Assembly: GCA_963823665.1 (NCBI GenBank)
Contig: CAWGMQ010000006.1
Coordinates: 864,001-928,000, forward strand
Length of the DNA: 64,000 nucleotides
Reading direction: 5' to 3'
Origin: an uncultured Planctomycetota bacterium
Lineage (GTDB): Bacteria; Planctomycetota; Planctomycetia; Isosphaerales; Isosphaeraceae
The position numbers were made by a program, and so were the translations under genes. Position 1 is the first letter of the stretch, and every line of letters begins with the position of its first letter. The notes below the pieces were generated by a model. The model was not told the DNA's origin. It made no database searches and saw only the letters and a list, made by a program, of their open reading frames with translations. This document shows positions 1 through 10,617 of the stretch, one piece after another.

Positions 1-402
1 CTTCGATTTCTCACGAGCCAGCGGCTCCATATGTTGCACCGGCAACATTTCGGGCCAACGCGCAACCCCGTACGGGAGGTCTCGCTGCATTCGGGTGCCT
101 TGCCACAGGCTGATTCGATGTCGCTGGCCCAGCAGTTGCTTGGCCGGCTCACAACACCCAGCCAGGGTGCCATCCGGCTGGAGATGCAGCTCCGTGTGCA
201 AGACGCCTTGAACGCGATGGACCCTATCGATCGCGAAGTGCTGGCGCTGCGGCACTTCGAGGAGTTGACCAACAAGGAGACCGCGGCCGTTCTCGGCCTT
301 CAGCAGACCGCAGCCAGCAACCGCTATGTCCGGGCGCTGCGGCGGCTCAAGGAGATCCTGTCGACCGTTCCGGGCCTGGGAGCGGGCGAGAGCCTTCCTT
401 GA
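1..402 (+). CDS. ECF-type sigma-70 factor, C-terminal part (runs off window start)
   Basis: Region-4 signature DREVLALRHFEELTNKETAAVLG...AASNRYVRALRRLKEIL, typical of planctomycete ECF sigma factors. Confidence 0.85.
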   Translation, partial: LRFLTSQRLHMLHRQHFGPTRNPVREVSLHSGALPQADSMSLAQQLLGRLTTPSQGAIRLEMQLRVQDALNAMDPIDREVLALRHFEELTNKETAAVLGLQQTAASNRYVRALRRLKEILSTVPGLGAGESLP

Positions 403-570
403 ACGGGCATTGATCGTCGCCGATGAGTCCGGGGGATTTCGCTCTCTTTAAGCGCGCTCGCCAAGATCGGTGCGCGCGCCGGAGTCATGATCCCGGCAGC
501 CTCAAAAAACCCGGGGTGAAAGCCGCCAGGGATTGGCCAGAGTCCTGAACTACCCCGTCCTTCAATTGAA

Positions 571-3015
571 ATGGAGAAGCCTTTGATGCCGCTTTCAACT
601 GCCCTCTCAGCCCGCATCACGCAGTACCTCCGCGACCGAGGCATTCGTAAACGCCAGAAGGCTCGCGGAGCCCTACGGTCGTCCCGACCCCTGCTCGAAT
701 TCCTGGAAGATCGAGCCCTGCTCAGCACCGACCTTGTGCTGAACACCAATGATAGCGGCGCAGGATCGTTGCGCACCGCCATCGACGGTGCCAGTTCCGG
801 CGACACCGTTGCGTTCGCGAGTGATGTCACCGGCATCATCACGCTGACCAGTGGCGTCCTGACTATCACGCAGAACCTGGACATCGAAGGTCCGGGCGCT
901 GGTAGCCTCACGATCAGCGGCGACGAAGCCAGCAGCGTGTTCGTAGTCAATAGCGGTGTAAGCGCGACAATCGCGGAACTGACCATCGCCGACGGCTACT
1001 CGGGCTCGTTGCTCGGCGGCGGGATCGATAACAACGGCAGTCTGACGGTCACCAACTGCACTTTCTCGGACAACACGGGCGGGTTCGGCGCCGGCGCCAT
1101 CGAAAATGCGGGCAACCTCTATGTCAGCAACTCCACCTTCACCAATAATGACGTGACCTTTGCAGGCCTTCTCGGCGGAGGCATCGATAACGAAGGCAGT
1201 CTGGCGGTAACCAACTCCACTTTCTCGGGCAACTCGGCCCCCGAGGGCGGCGGCATCTATAACAATGGCACACTGACAGTCACTGGCTCCACTCTTTCGG
1301 GCAACTCGGCCACTTCTGTCGGCGGCGGCATCTACAACCTGTCTTTGTCCGCGCTCGGGGCGCCCGACTCCACTCAGGCGGGCAACTCGGTCGTGGCGGA
1401 CGGCGGCGGCTTCGGCGGCGGGATGAATCTCGACAACACGATCGTCGCCGTGAACACCGCTCCGGCGGGACCTGATGTTTTCGGAACCGTGACCAGCGGG
1501 GGCTACAACCTCATCGGCGACTCCTCTGGCGGCAGCGGCTTCGTGGCCACCGACCTGCTCAACGTCAATCCTCTTCTCGGCCCGTTCCAGAACAACGGCG
1601 GCCCGACACAGACCTTGTCCCTGCTGCCCGGCAGCCCCGCCATCGCCGCTGGAAGTGTCGCCCTGATCCCCCCAGGCATCGCGACCGACCAGCGCGGATA
1701 TGAGCGCATCGTTAACGGCTCGGTCGACATTGGTGCATTCGAGTCGCGCGGTTTCATCATTGCGGTCAAAAGGGGCAACAACCAGGAGGCCCTGGTCAAG
1801 ACGTCATTTGCGGCCCCGCTGGTAGTGACGGTTAGCAGCGCCTATGGCGAACCCGTTCAGGGGGGTGTGGTCAAGCTTACCGCACCCGCAAGCGGGGCGT
1901 CGGCCACGTTCGCCGGCGGCAGCCGCATCGCAGCGATCGACGCCTCCGGCCAGGCCAGCATCGCCGTCGCCGCCAACGGTGTCGCCGGCGGCTACACCGT
2001 GACCGCCTCGGCCGGGGGAAATGCCGTGGCGAGCTTTGGCCTGAAGAATACACTGGGGGCACCCACACAGCTCGTGATCCACACCCAGCCATCGTCAACG
2101 GTCACAGCCGGCCAGGAATTCCCCACTCAGCCGGTGATTTACGAAGAGGACCAGCACGGCAACCTTGAAGCGGGTGATAACAGCACCCAGGTGACGGTGT
2201 CGCTTGCGAGTGGCAGTGGCCCGCTGCAGGGAACGCTCATGGTCACCGTGTCGGGAGGCATCGCCACGTTCACCAATCTGGCCGACAACACGGCTGGGAA
2301 TATCAGCCTCTTGTTCACGAGCGTTCCCGCCCTCGCGTCGGCTATATCCAACATCGCCACGATCAGGCCGGCCGCGGCGAACCAGCTTGTGATCCACACC
2401 GAGCCATCGGTGACGGCCACGACGGGCAAGCCGTTTGCCGCCCAGCCCGTCATTTATGAAGAGGACCAGTATTTCAATCTGGAGACGGGGGATGACAGCT
2501 CGCAAGTGACGGCTTCGCTGCGCACGGGCACTGGCCCGCTTCTAGGCACGACCACCGTGACGGTCGCGGGAGGCATCGCGACGTTCAGCGGCCTCGCGGA
2601 CAGCAAGGCCGAGACCATCGTGCTGCTCTTCTCCAGCCCCGCGCTCGCCAAGGCCACATCCAACCCGATCACCATCAGCTCGGTGTCGGGCCACGCGCAG
2701 ATCGTCGGTGGACTGGCCCAGGTTAAGGTCAGGGAAACAAGCCGGGCCAAGAGCCGCCATGCGATCCGAGGCGGGAGCCTTGCAGCCACACCCAGGCCTC
2801 ACGCCCGCGTCGCGGCGACACGCCGGCCTCACCAACTGACAACCGTGTCGACAGGTGAGGCATTGTCGCTCCAGGCTGTTCCGACCGGAAACCGTGCTCG
2901 AGCCGCTGTCAGAGCGGATAAATCGCCTGCACGAGTTGCAGCCGAGCTGAAGAACCGCCTGCTGGCCTATCTCATCGCGGAGAGCCATCTTTCTAACTTC
3001 TTGACGGGCCACTGA
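571..3015 (+). CDS. Secreted protein: LExRxLLS motif, GGGI/FxxN beta-helix repeats, choice-of-anchor Q-like segment, Ig-like repeats
   Basis: LEFLEDRALLS; DSGAGSLR; repeated GGGIDN/STFSGNSA; NNGGPTQT...SPAI...DQRG...DIGAFE; two QLVIHTxPS repeats. Confidence 0.85.
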   Translation: MEKPLMPLSTALSARITQYLRDRGIRKRQKARGALRSSRPLLEFLEDRALLSTDLVLNTNDSGAGSLRTAIDGASSGDTVAFASDVTGIITLTSGVLTITQNLDIEGPGAGSLTISGDEASSVFVVNSGVSATIAELTIADGYSGSLLGGGIDNNGSLTVTNCTFSDNTGGFGAGAIENAGNLYVSNSTFTNNDVTFAGLLGGGIDNEGSLAVTNSTFSGNSAPEGGGIYNNGTLTVTGSTLSGNSATSVGGGIYNLSLSALGAPDSTQAGNSVVADGGGFGGGMNLDNTIVAVNTAPAGPDVFGTVTSGGYNLIGDSSGGSGFVATDLLNVNPLLGPFQNNGGPTQTLSLLPGSPAIAAGSVALIPPGIATDQRGYERIVNGSVDIGAFESRGFIIAVKRGNNQEALVKTSFAAPLVVTVSSAYGEPVQGGVVKLTAPASGASATFAGGSRIAAIDASGQASIAVAANGVAGGYTVTASAGGNAVASFGLKNTLGAPTQLVIHTQPSSTVTAGQEFPTQPVIYEEDQHGNLEAGDNSTQVTVSLASGSGPLQGTLMVTVSGGIATFTNLADNTAGNISLLFTSVPALASAISNIATIRPAAANQLVIHTEPSVTATTGKPFAAQPVIYEEDQYFNLETGDDSSQVTASLRTGTGPLLGTTTVTVAGGIATFSGLADSKAETIVLLFSSPALAKATSNPITISSVSGHAQIVGGLAQVKVRETSRAKSRHAIRGGSLAATPRPHARVAATRRPHQLTTVSTGEALSLQAVPTGNRARAAVRADKSPARVAAELKNRLLAYLIAESHLSNFLTGH

Positions 3016-3261
3016 AAAACAAGCGGCCGTTGAGAGGTCGGCGCCAAGCACAAGTCTCACCGGAGCGGCGCTCGATCTGCGCGCCGCGACGGTTGCTGCG
3101 TCTTGTTGTAGCAGATCGGGCTTTAGAAAGGAGGCGGACCACGTCGCTTTGAGCCTGCAATTCCGGGTGTTTTTCAGCCAGTCATGCCCGGCGCGGTCGA
3201 CGTCGCAACAGGGCGGCGCTGCCAAGACCGAGCGTCTTCTTTCGCAACAGGAGTTTACGTT

Positions 3262-5137
3262 ATGTCAGCGCTTATGAACATGTCCAAGAAGTTACCGTTT
3301 TCAATGCCGCTCGCGGCGCGATCGCACGCGCCATCAGGCACGCAAGAGGCGATTTCTGCCCGGGGTCGACGTGATGGAGGACCGCACGCTGCTCAGCACG
3401 CTCGTGGTCATGAACAACCAGGACAGCGGCTCGGGGTCGCTGCGCGCCGAGATCGGTGCCGCTCACAGCGGCGACACGATCGCGTTTTCCTCTGGTCTCA
3501 GAGGTCAGACCATCACGCTCTCCACCGGCGAGCTGGAGGTCACCAAGAGTCTGAACATCGACGGCCGCGGCGCGGGCGTGGTATCCGTCAGCGGTGGTGG
3601 TGCCAGCCGTGTCTTCAACATCAGCCAGAACGCAACGGTGAACATCGGGTACCTGACGATCACCGACGGCCTGGTTGTCGCAGACAACGGGGGTGGCATC
3701 CTCGTCGGGGCGGGCTCCGTCCTCAACCTCAACCACGTCGTCGTGACGGGCAATCAGGCCATGGCCGACAGCACGGGCGCCCTCGGGGGCTCGGGCGGCG
3801 CCATCGAGAATTGGGGCACGCTCAATGTGAGCAACTCCACGTTCATCAACAACGAGGCCTTGTTGAGCTCCATCGCCGTGGGGTCTAACGGCGGGGCGAT
3901 CGACAGTGCCGGGCCTTCGCTCTCGGTGACTAATAGTGCATTCACCAGCAACAAAGCGGACGGCACCGCAAACTTGCGAGGCGGCGGCGACGGCGGTGCC
4001 ATCAACACGGATGGCTCGGCCACGACCATCAGCAACTGCACGTTCAACGGCAATCTTGCACTCGGCCGAACCGTCAACGGAGGCGCGGTCAGCGTCGAAG
4101 GTGACCTCACCTCTGCCGACGTGTACATGGGCAATACGACCATCAGCAACTGCACGTTCAACGCCAACCAGGCCATCGCAAGCAACGGGACTGACGACTT
4201 CACCCAACAGTTCGGCGGTCAGGCACTGGGCGGCGCTTTCTATACCGCGTTTGGGGATACGACGACGACGATCACCAACAGCGGGTTTACCGACAACCTG
4301 GCCAAGGGAGGCGATCAGGGGAACAATGAGAGTGGCGTCACCGACGGAAACACCAACGGATTTGTCGGGCTCGGCGTAGGCGGGGGCATCGCCGATTCAG
4401 GCGCCGGGCTCTCGGTCGCGAACAGTTACCTGGTGGGCAACCAGGCTGTCGGGGGTAACTCGGCCATTGGCGCGGGCGGGCTGGCCGCCGGCGGCGGCAT
4501 CCTCAGTGCCGGCTTCACAACGACGAACCTGACCAATGTTATTCTCGACGGCAATCTGGCCAAGGGCGGCATCGGCGGCCCGGGTTCCGTCGGAGGCGCC
4601 AGTACAGGCGGCGGTTTCTACAATGGTATTGACGCGGGCACGGTCGACGTGGTTGGTGCGACAGTCTCGACCAGCCTGTTCCTCGATAATTTGGCCGTGG
4701 GCGGCGCCGGAGGCCAGGGGGCCGCGGGCGGAGTCGGCGAAGGCGGTGCCATCGCGAATGGCGGCGGATTCGGTGATCTGGTGCTCGTGGCCAATAACCT
4801 CGGTGCCGACACAAGCTCACTGACGCTCGACCAGAGCACGCTGATCTTCAACGTGGCCTCAGGCGGCAAAGGCGCGAGCGGCGCCAACGGCGGGAACGGT
4901 GGCGGCGGCGGACTCTTCGCCGATCCGGACACGACCGCTACAATCTCCAATAGCTGGCTTGGGGCTAACCAGGCGACCGGTGGCCAAGGCGGCTTCGGTG
5001 GTACGAGCGGCGAGGGGCTTGGCGGTGGCCTTGATGTCGTGGCCGGGGCCGGCGTCTCGCTCAAGAAAACGAAGGTCGCGGGCAACAACGCCACCACCAG
5101 CGGCAACGACGTGCTCGGGAGCGTCACTTATCTCTGA
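3262..5137 (+). CDS. Secreted Gly-rich beta-helix repeat protein (N-terminal frameshift near 3300)
   Basis: GGAG RBS plus ATG at 3262; frame change to RRFLPGVDVMEDRTLLS; DSGSGSLR; many GGAI/FxxNxA repeats. Confidence 0.8.
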
Positions 5138-5153
5138 GAGCCAAGTTCGGAAA

Positions 5154-5180
5154 GCCTGTGGAGGCGGAGCCTCCGCAGGC
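5154..5180 (+). terminator. GC-rich hairpin after the 3262-5137 gene (terminator or REP)
   Basis: GCCTGTGGAGGC-GGA-GCCTCCGCAGGC; no U-tract. Confidence 0.4.
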
Positions 5181-5401
5181 TGGTTCCGCAGCAGACTGCG
5201 GCCGGCAATCGGTCTGTCATTCGGCTGGGAGGCCGCGTGCCAGCAATCGGCGTTCGGCCTGAGCCTCGCTTGAATCGCGACGCCTGCCAGGCCGCTCGCG
5301 GCTTTTCGCTCCGCGGTGAGCCGGGGGATCGCCGGATTACAACGATGAGCGTGCGTCCTCCAAGTTGCTGGCTCGGTCTGCGAAACGTTGCGCTTGCGGC
5401 G

Positions 5402-5487
5402 TTGCCGGGACAGGCGAATTGGTTCCTGGCACCTTTTTCGGCTCTATGGCATTGCCGGGACGGGCGAATTGGTTCCTGACACCTTTT
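5402..5487. repeat. Two direct copies of REP-like TTGCCGGGACRGGCGAATTGGTTCCTGRCACCTTTT
   Basis: Copies at 5402-5437 and 5452-5487; core GGTTCCTGACACCTTTT recurs at 9467-9483. Confidence 0.8.
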
Positions 5488-7844
5488 CCGCGAGCGGCTC
5501 CCTGAACGGCTTGCCGTGTTCCACCATGTGGTCGATGCGCTTGAATGTCGCTTCGGTCTTGACCAGCTCCATGAAAGCGGCGCGCTCGAGGTCGAGCAAC
5601 TGCTGCTCGCTCAGCGCGCGTATCATATTGGTATTCCCACCGCAGAGTACGGTGGAGAGTGCTCTGGAGACGACCGCGTCGTGCCCTGTGATTTTGCCCT
5701 TGCGCGCTAACTCATCGGCCTTGCCGTCGATGATCCGCTTCAACAGTGCACCGGGAAGATGCACGGTCCGCGGCTTCGGCGGCGAGTAATCCTTCGCCAT
5801 TTCGCAGGCAGCGTGCCTTGGCGTCGGCCAGAAGGCGCGAGCGGTTCATGGTGATGCCGTCACCCGCACGCAGGATTTTCATGCTCACGCGCTTCGTCGA
5901 TGGAATTCGCGACTCTGCATCTGGCGATGTTCTGGAAGACTTTCGGAACGTGCCTGACCACGGGGAACGACTGACGCATCAGCATTTGCGTGCAGCCGCC
6001 CCAGGCCGGAACCAGCCCGACGGCCGGCTCGACCAGGCCGGGAAAGGAATTGGCATGCGCCTGGATGGCATCGCTGTGCAGCAGCAGCTCGCAGCCGCCG
6101 CCCAGCGCCTTGCCGGCGAGCGCCGATACGACCGGGAACGGCGCAGTATTTCAGCCCCTGCATGGCATGCTGTCCGGCCTTGATCGCATCGTCGATCTCT
6201 GTCCAGTTCCGCTGCGCCGGCTGCGCCGCCTCGCGCAATAATCTCAGATCGGCGCCCGCCGAGAACGTGTCGCTGTCGTTGCCGATCACCAGCCCCTTGA
6301 ATCTTTTGTCCGTGCCGAGTTTGATGGCGTCCCCGATGATCTTCAGCACATCGGGCGTGATCACGTTGTCCTTCGTGGTCAACTCGAGGCAGGCGATCCC
6401 GTCGCCCATGTCCCACAGCGATGCGTCCTTGTTGCTGGCCAGAGGTACCGGCGCGCGGCGTTTGACGTCCTCCAGGGTCAGATAGCCCTCGGGCGTTTCG
6501 ACTGGCGTGTATTTTCCGTCGGTGCCGATCGCCAGGCGTTTGCCGCCGTCGCGTGATGTAAAGGCTCTTGCCGCGGGCGGTTTGGAGGAGTGTGCGGAAC
6601 GGCCCGGCCTTCCTCCTCGAGCTTGCCGATGAACCAGTCCACGCCCAGCTTGTCGATCATCTCGAATGGGCCGTGCTTCCAGTTATAGCCCTTGCGCATG
6701 GCCTCATCGACGGCGGCAATGCCGTCGGCGATGGCGGGAACCAGCGAGGCGGCATAGCGGAGCGTATCGGACAGCACCGCCCAGGCATACGGGCCAGCCT
6801 CGGGATGCGTCACCAGTGCCTTGATGTCCTCTTTCGCGGGCTCGAGGCCGGTCAGTTCCGCCCTGCGGCCCTGCGCGTGGTATTCGCCGGTGACAAGGTC
6901 CCTGACTTCCTTGATTTTCTGGCCGCCTTCCGTGTTCAGCCGGTAGAACCCGCCTTTGCCCTTGCGTCCGCTATAGCCCTGTTCGATCATGCGGCCAAGG
7001 AGTGCCAGCGTCTTTTCCGGGTCGAGCTTGCGGAGCGGGTCGTCCGCCGGGCAGCGACGACGACGCTGTGATCGTGGACGCGGTATGCAACATCAGGTCG
7101 ATGCCGACCCTGTCGAAGAGCCCGAAGATACCCGTTTTGGGAAAGCCGGCGGGTGCGCCCATCGCCGCGTCGGCCTGCTCGACCGGAACACCCCGCCGCA
7201 CGGCTTCTTCCAGCCCGCGCATCATCCAGTAGCCGCCGATGCGATTGGCGATGAAGCCCGGTGTATCCTTGCACTGCAACACGGTCTTGCCGAGCGACAG
7301 GTCAGCGAAGCGGCGAATGTCGTCGGCTGCGCCCGGGCGCATGTTGTCGCTCTGGACGACTTCGAGCAATTGCGTGAAGCGCGGCGGGTTGAAGAAATGC
7401 GTGATCATGAAATCGCGGGTGAAGCTCTCCGGCATGCCGGAGGAGAGCGCTTGGAGCGGCAGCGTCGACGTATTGGAGGAGACGATCGAGCCGGACTTAC
7501 GGTTTGCGTCGATCTTGCGATAGACGTCCTGCTTGATGCGGACGTCCTCCTTCACGGCCTCGATGATCCAGTCGCAATCCTTGAGCTTGCCCAGATCATC
7601 CTCCAGGTTGCCACACGTGATGAGGCCGGCCCGGCTCGGATACGACAAAGCCCGGGGGGCTGCTTTCCCTCTGTGTCTTGACGGCAGCCTCGGCCAGCTC
7701 GTTGCGGTTTGCCGCTCCTGCGGGGACCAGGTCCAGCAGGATCACTTCCACCCCGGCATCCGCCATCTGCGCCGCGATGCCGCCACCCATGACGCCTGCG
7801 CCGATGATGGCGACTCTTTTGATCTTCGCAACCGTATCAGCCAT
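5444..7844 (-). pseudogene. fadN: 3-hydroxyacyl-CoA dehydrogenase/enoyl-CoA hydratase (FadN-like), multiply frameshifted
   Basis: Consecutive pieces in different frames: IIGAGVMGGGIA; IIEAVKE...SSNTS...HFFNPPR...KDTPGFIANRIG; GRKGKGGFY; FSAGADL; LLDLERAAFMEL; 3' end runs into the 5452-5487 repeat. Confidence 0.8.
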
Positions 7845-7893
7845 GAGATAAACCTTCTACTGCTCGCCGAAGTGACGCTGCTGACCGCCAAGC

Positions 7894-8439
7894 TTAGCCC
7901 GGCTTTTCGGACAAATGCTCCACCATATGACTCAGGGCTGACCGCATCGACCCGCGGATTACCTCTACGTCAAAACCATCAGCAACGCACTCGAACGTTG
8001 AATCATGGAACGCAAACACAAAATGCCGACGACCGTCAAGAAATCGCTTTTGGTCGTGGCGGGGATGCACGGAGTTCATTCGTTCGAGCTTGCGAATCCA
8101 CGAGGAATTGTGGACTTCGAAGACGGCGTAGGGGTGAAGCCCGCGAGGCTCGAGCGGATGTCCGCTGAATGCCTCATCGTTCGGCGGGCCGAACATATGC
8201 GCTGACGGCCAGTTAAAGCGGAGACAAGCCACAGCCATGCCTCCAGATTCTGGAGAAACTACCTTCACGTAACTGCCGTCCCACGTGGGGTCTGGCTCAG
8301 AAACCAGATGAGCAAGCAAGAGATTGTGTCCGTCGCAAACGACCATCGGGTGCGGCGCGCCGATGTCCGGCTTCGGAACATCTCGTAGCTCAACGACCGT
8401 ATCCAACGAATCTACTTCGTACACCGTCGACGACTCCAT
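7894..8439 (-). CDS. Hypothetical protein
   Basis: Clean 181-aa ORF with conserved-looking FGPPNDEAFSGHPL and HFVFAFHDSTFECVA motifs. Confidence 0.7.
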   Translation of the reverse strand: MESSTVYEVDSLDTVVELRDVPKPDIGAPHPMVVCDGHNLLLAHLVSEPDPTWDGSYVKVVSPESGGMAVACLRFNWPSAHMFGPPNDEAFSGHPLEPRGLHPYAVFEVHNSSWIRKLERMNSVHPRHDQKRFLDGRRHFVFAFHDSTFECVADGFDVEVIRGSMRSALSHMVEHLSEKPG

Positions 8440-8613
8440 GGAGCTAACTTGGAATCATGCATCAGAATCACCTAGACGATAGAGTGCTGGCAAGGGCTGG
8501 TCAATTACGAAACCTGTTGTAAACTCAACAGCTTCAGGCGAATTCGGTCCCCCGGATTCTGGCAGCGTTTTTTTGCGAGCCGTTCGGGCAGTCATCGACC
8601 AGGAGCACGCGAA

Positions 8614-9378
8614 GTGATGAGGTCCGCCCCTCCTCGCCGCGGTGACTACGGCATCGACGCCCCATACGCTCCGCTCTTCTTGGCCTTGGGCGGCGTCTGC
8701 TTGCTCACCCTCTTGGCGTGGCGGATGTGGGACGGCGCGAGCGCGGCGGTGGTGCCGCATCGACTTTCGGTTGTAGGGCTCAGCGTGGGCGCGGTCTGGC
8801 TGTTTCTGAACGCGGGCTGGTACGTCTACGCCACGCGTGCGGGCAAGTTCGCTGTTTGGTCCGACCTCCTCGACGAGCTCGACCTCAAGGGAGACGAGCG
8901 GCTCCTCGACATTGGCTGCGGCCGTGGCGCGGTGCTGCTCATGGCAGCGGGGCGGCTTCCTCGCGGGCGGGCGGTCGGCGCGGACGTGTGGAGCACCCAC
9001 GATCAATCCGGCAACGCCCTGGAAGTTACCCGTCAAAACGCGACGCTCGAGGGCGTGGCCGACCGGGTCGAGCTCCACACCGCCGACATGCGTGCGCTGC
9101 CCTTCGACGACGGCTCGTTCGACGTGGTGGTCAGCTCGCTTGCGATTCACAACGTGTCTGGCGCGGACGAGCGCGCGAAGGCGCTGCGAGAAGCAGCCCG
9201 GGTGCTCAAGAAAGGCGGCAAGCTGGCGATTGTCGATATCCGGAACACGCGCGCTTACGCTGCCGAGCTCGAGGCCTGCGGGCTCAAGATCACAGAGCGC
9301 CGATCGCTCGGCGTGCGCTCCTGGTACGGCTGCGGTCCATGGGTGGCGACCCGCCTGGTCGCCGCGATCAAGCCGTAG
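8614..9378 (+). CDS. Class I SAM-dependent methyltransferase with N-terminal TM helices
   Basis: LLDIGCGRG; LPFDDGSFDVVVSSLAIHN; RVLKKGG. Confidence 0.9.
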   Translation: MMRSAPPRRGDYGIDAPYAPLFLALGGVCLLTLLAWRMWDGASAAVVPHRLSVVGLSVGAVWLFLNAGWYVYATRAGKFAVWSDLLDELDLKGDERLLDIGCGRGAVLLMAAGRLPRGRAVGADVWSTHDQSGNALEVTRQNATLEGVADRVELHTADMRALPFDDGSFDVVVSSLAIHNVSGADERAKALREAARVLKKGGKLAIVDIRNTRAYAAELEACGLKITERRSLGVRSWYGCGPWVATRLVAAIKP

Positions 9379-9463
9379 ACGATGCCCAGTGAACTGCCAG
9401 GCTTCGACAGTAAAGTCGCCGAACACAGAACCCCCGGCACAACTCGACACGAGTGCAGCGCGG

Positions 9464-9483
9464 AAAGGTTCCTGACACCTTTT
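9464..9483. repeat. REP-like repeat AAAGGTTCCTGACACCTTTT
   Basis: Imperfect palindrome; same core as 5402-5487. Confidence 0.7.
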
Positions 9484-9489
9484 CCCCAG

Positions 9490-10602
9490 CCCGGAGGTTG
9501 GACGGGCGGCGGCACCGGTGGCGTGATCATGCGCAACATGCGCTACTACCTCGAGGACAAACCGCATTACCTGGACGACCCGGACGGGGAGTACTGGTTC
9601 GACAAGAAAGGTGAAGGCGGACGGCTGTACCTCCGCCCCCGCATGACGTCGACCCGAACGTCGCCCGCGTCGAAGCCGGGAAGCGGCCGAACCTCGTGAA
9701 CGGAGAGAAGGTCGAGCACCTCGAGATCTCGGGCCTGACCTTTCGCTTCACGCCCTCGATGTGGGACCTCACTTCCGCGCCCTGGGACTTCAGCACCACT
9801 CCTTGGGGTTTTCGCCCCGACCTGCATCCGGGTTGCGTGCGGATCTGGGGTTCGGGGAAGGGCGTCCGGATTGCGAACTGCCTGTTCGAGCACGTGTTCT
9901 TCCCCATCCGCATTCGGACGCTCGTGGAAGGCCAGCGGGTTGACGACGTGCGTATTGAAGACAATGAGTTCCGCTATACCGACAACGGCATTCTTGCCGT
10001 CGAGGACGGTTCCGGCTGGGGCTACGCAAAACTCCGCGGCCGGCTAGGCGACGTGCGCATCTACCGAAATCGGTCGCTCGAGACCGGCACGCGCCCGCGC
10101 GCTACAGCAACGGGACCGGAATCAGCGTGGCCGGCGCGCGAACGGTCGAGATCGCGGGCAATGTGATCGAACGCTCATATGCCCAGGGCATCGACGTGCA
10201 TGGCGCCAAGATCAGCGGGATGTGGGGCGACGTGCCCTTCACGCGCATTCTGATCCATCACAACAGAATATGGGAGTCAATGCTCAACTGCAACGATTAC
10301 GGCGGCATCGAGACCTGGCAAGGCGGCCCGGCGTATGTCTTTGACAACCGTCGGCAGTGGGCGTCGACGGTTCCGACTCGCTGGCCAACGATGGCGACGT
10401 TCACGTGGGCGGCACGCCGGAAGGACGGTACCTGGACGGGGCACTGGATTTCCTGCGCATTGCGCAGGGGACGCTCTCCGATGCCGATACGACGATCGAG
10501 GAGCTATACGCGTGGGAGTTCGATGCCCCACAGCTTCGCGACTTCACGGGTCGCAAACCAGCCGGCGCTCGGAGTGTCGGCGCCATAGAATTCGCGCCGT
10601 AG
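9490..10602 (+). pseudogene. Fragments of a large parallel beta-helix protein with LamG-like C-terminus (5'-truncated, internally deleted, frameshifted)
   Basis: RYYLEDKPHYLDDPDGEYWFD, NDYGGIETWQGGPAYVFDN, then abrupt jump to LANDGDVHVGG...GAIE; no start; begins right after the repeat. Confidence 0.65.
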
Positions 10603-10617
10603 ACAGGCGATCGCGAC

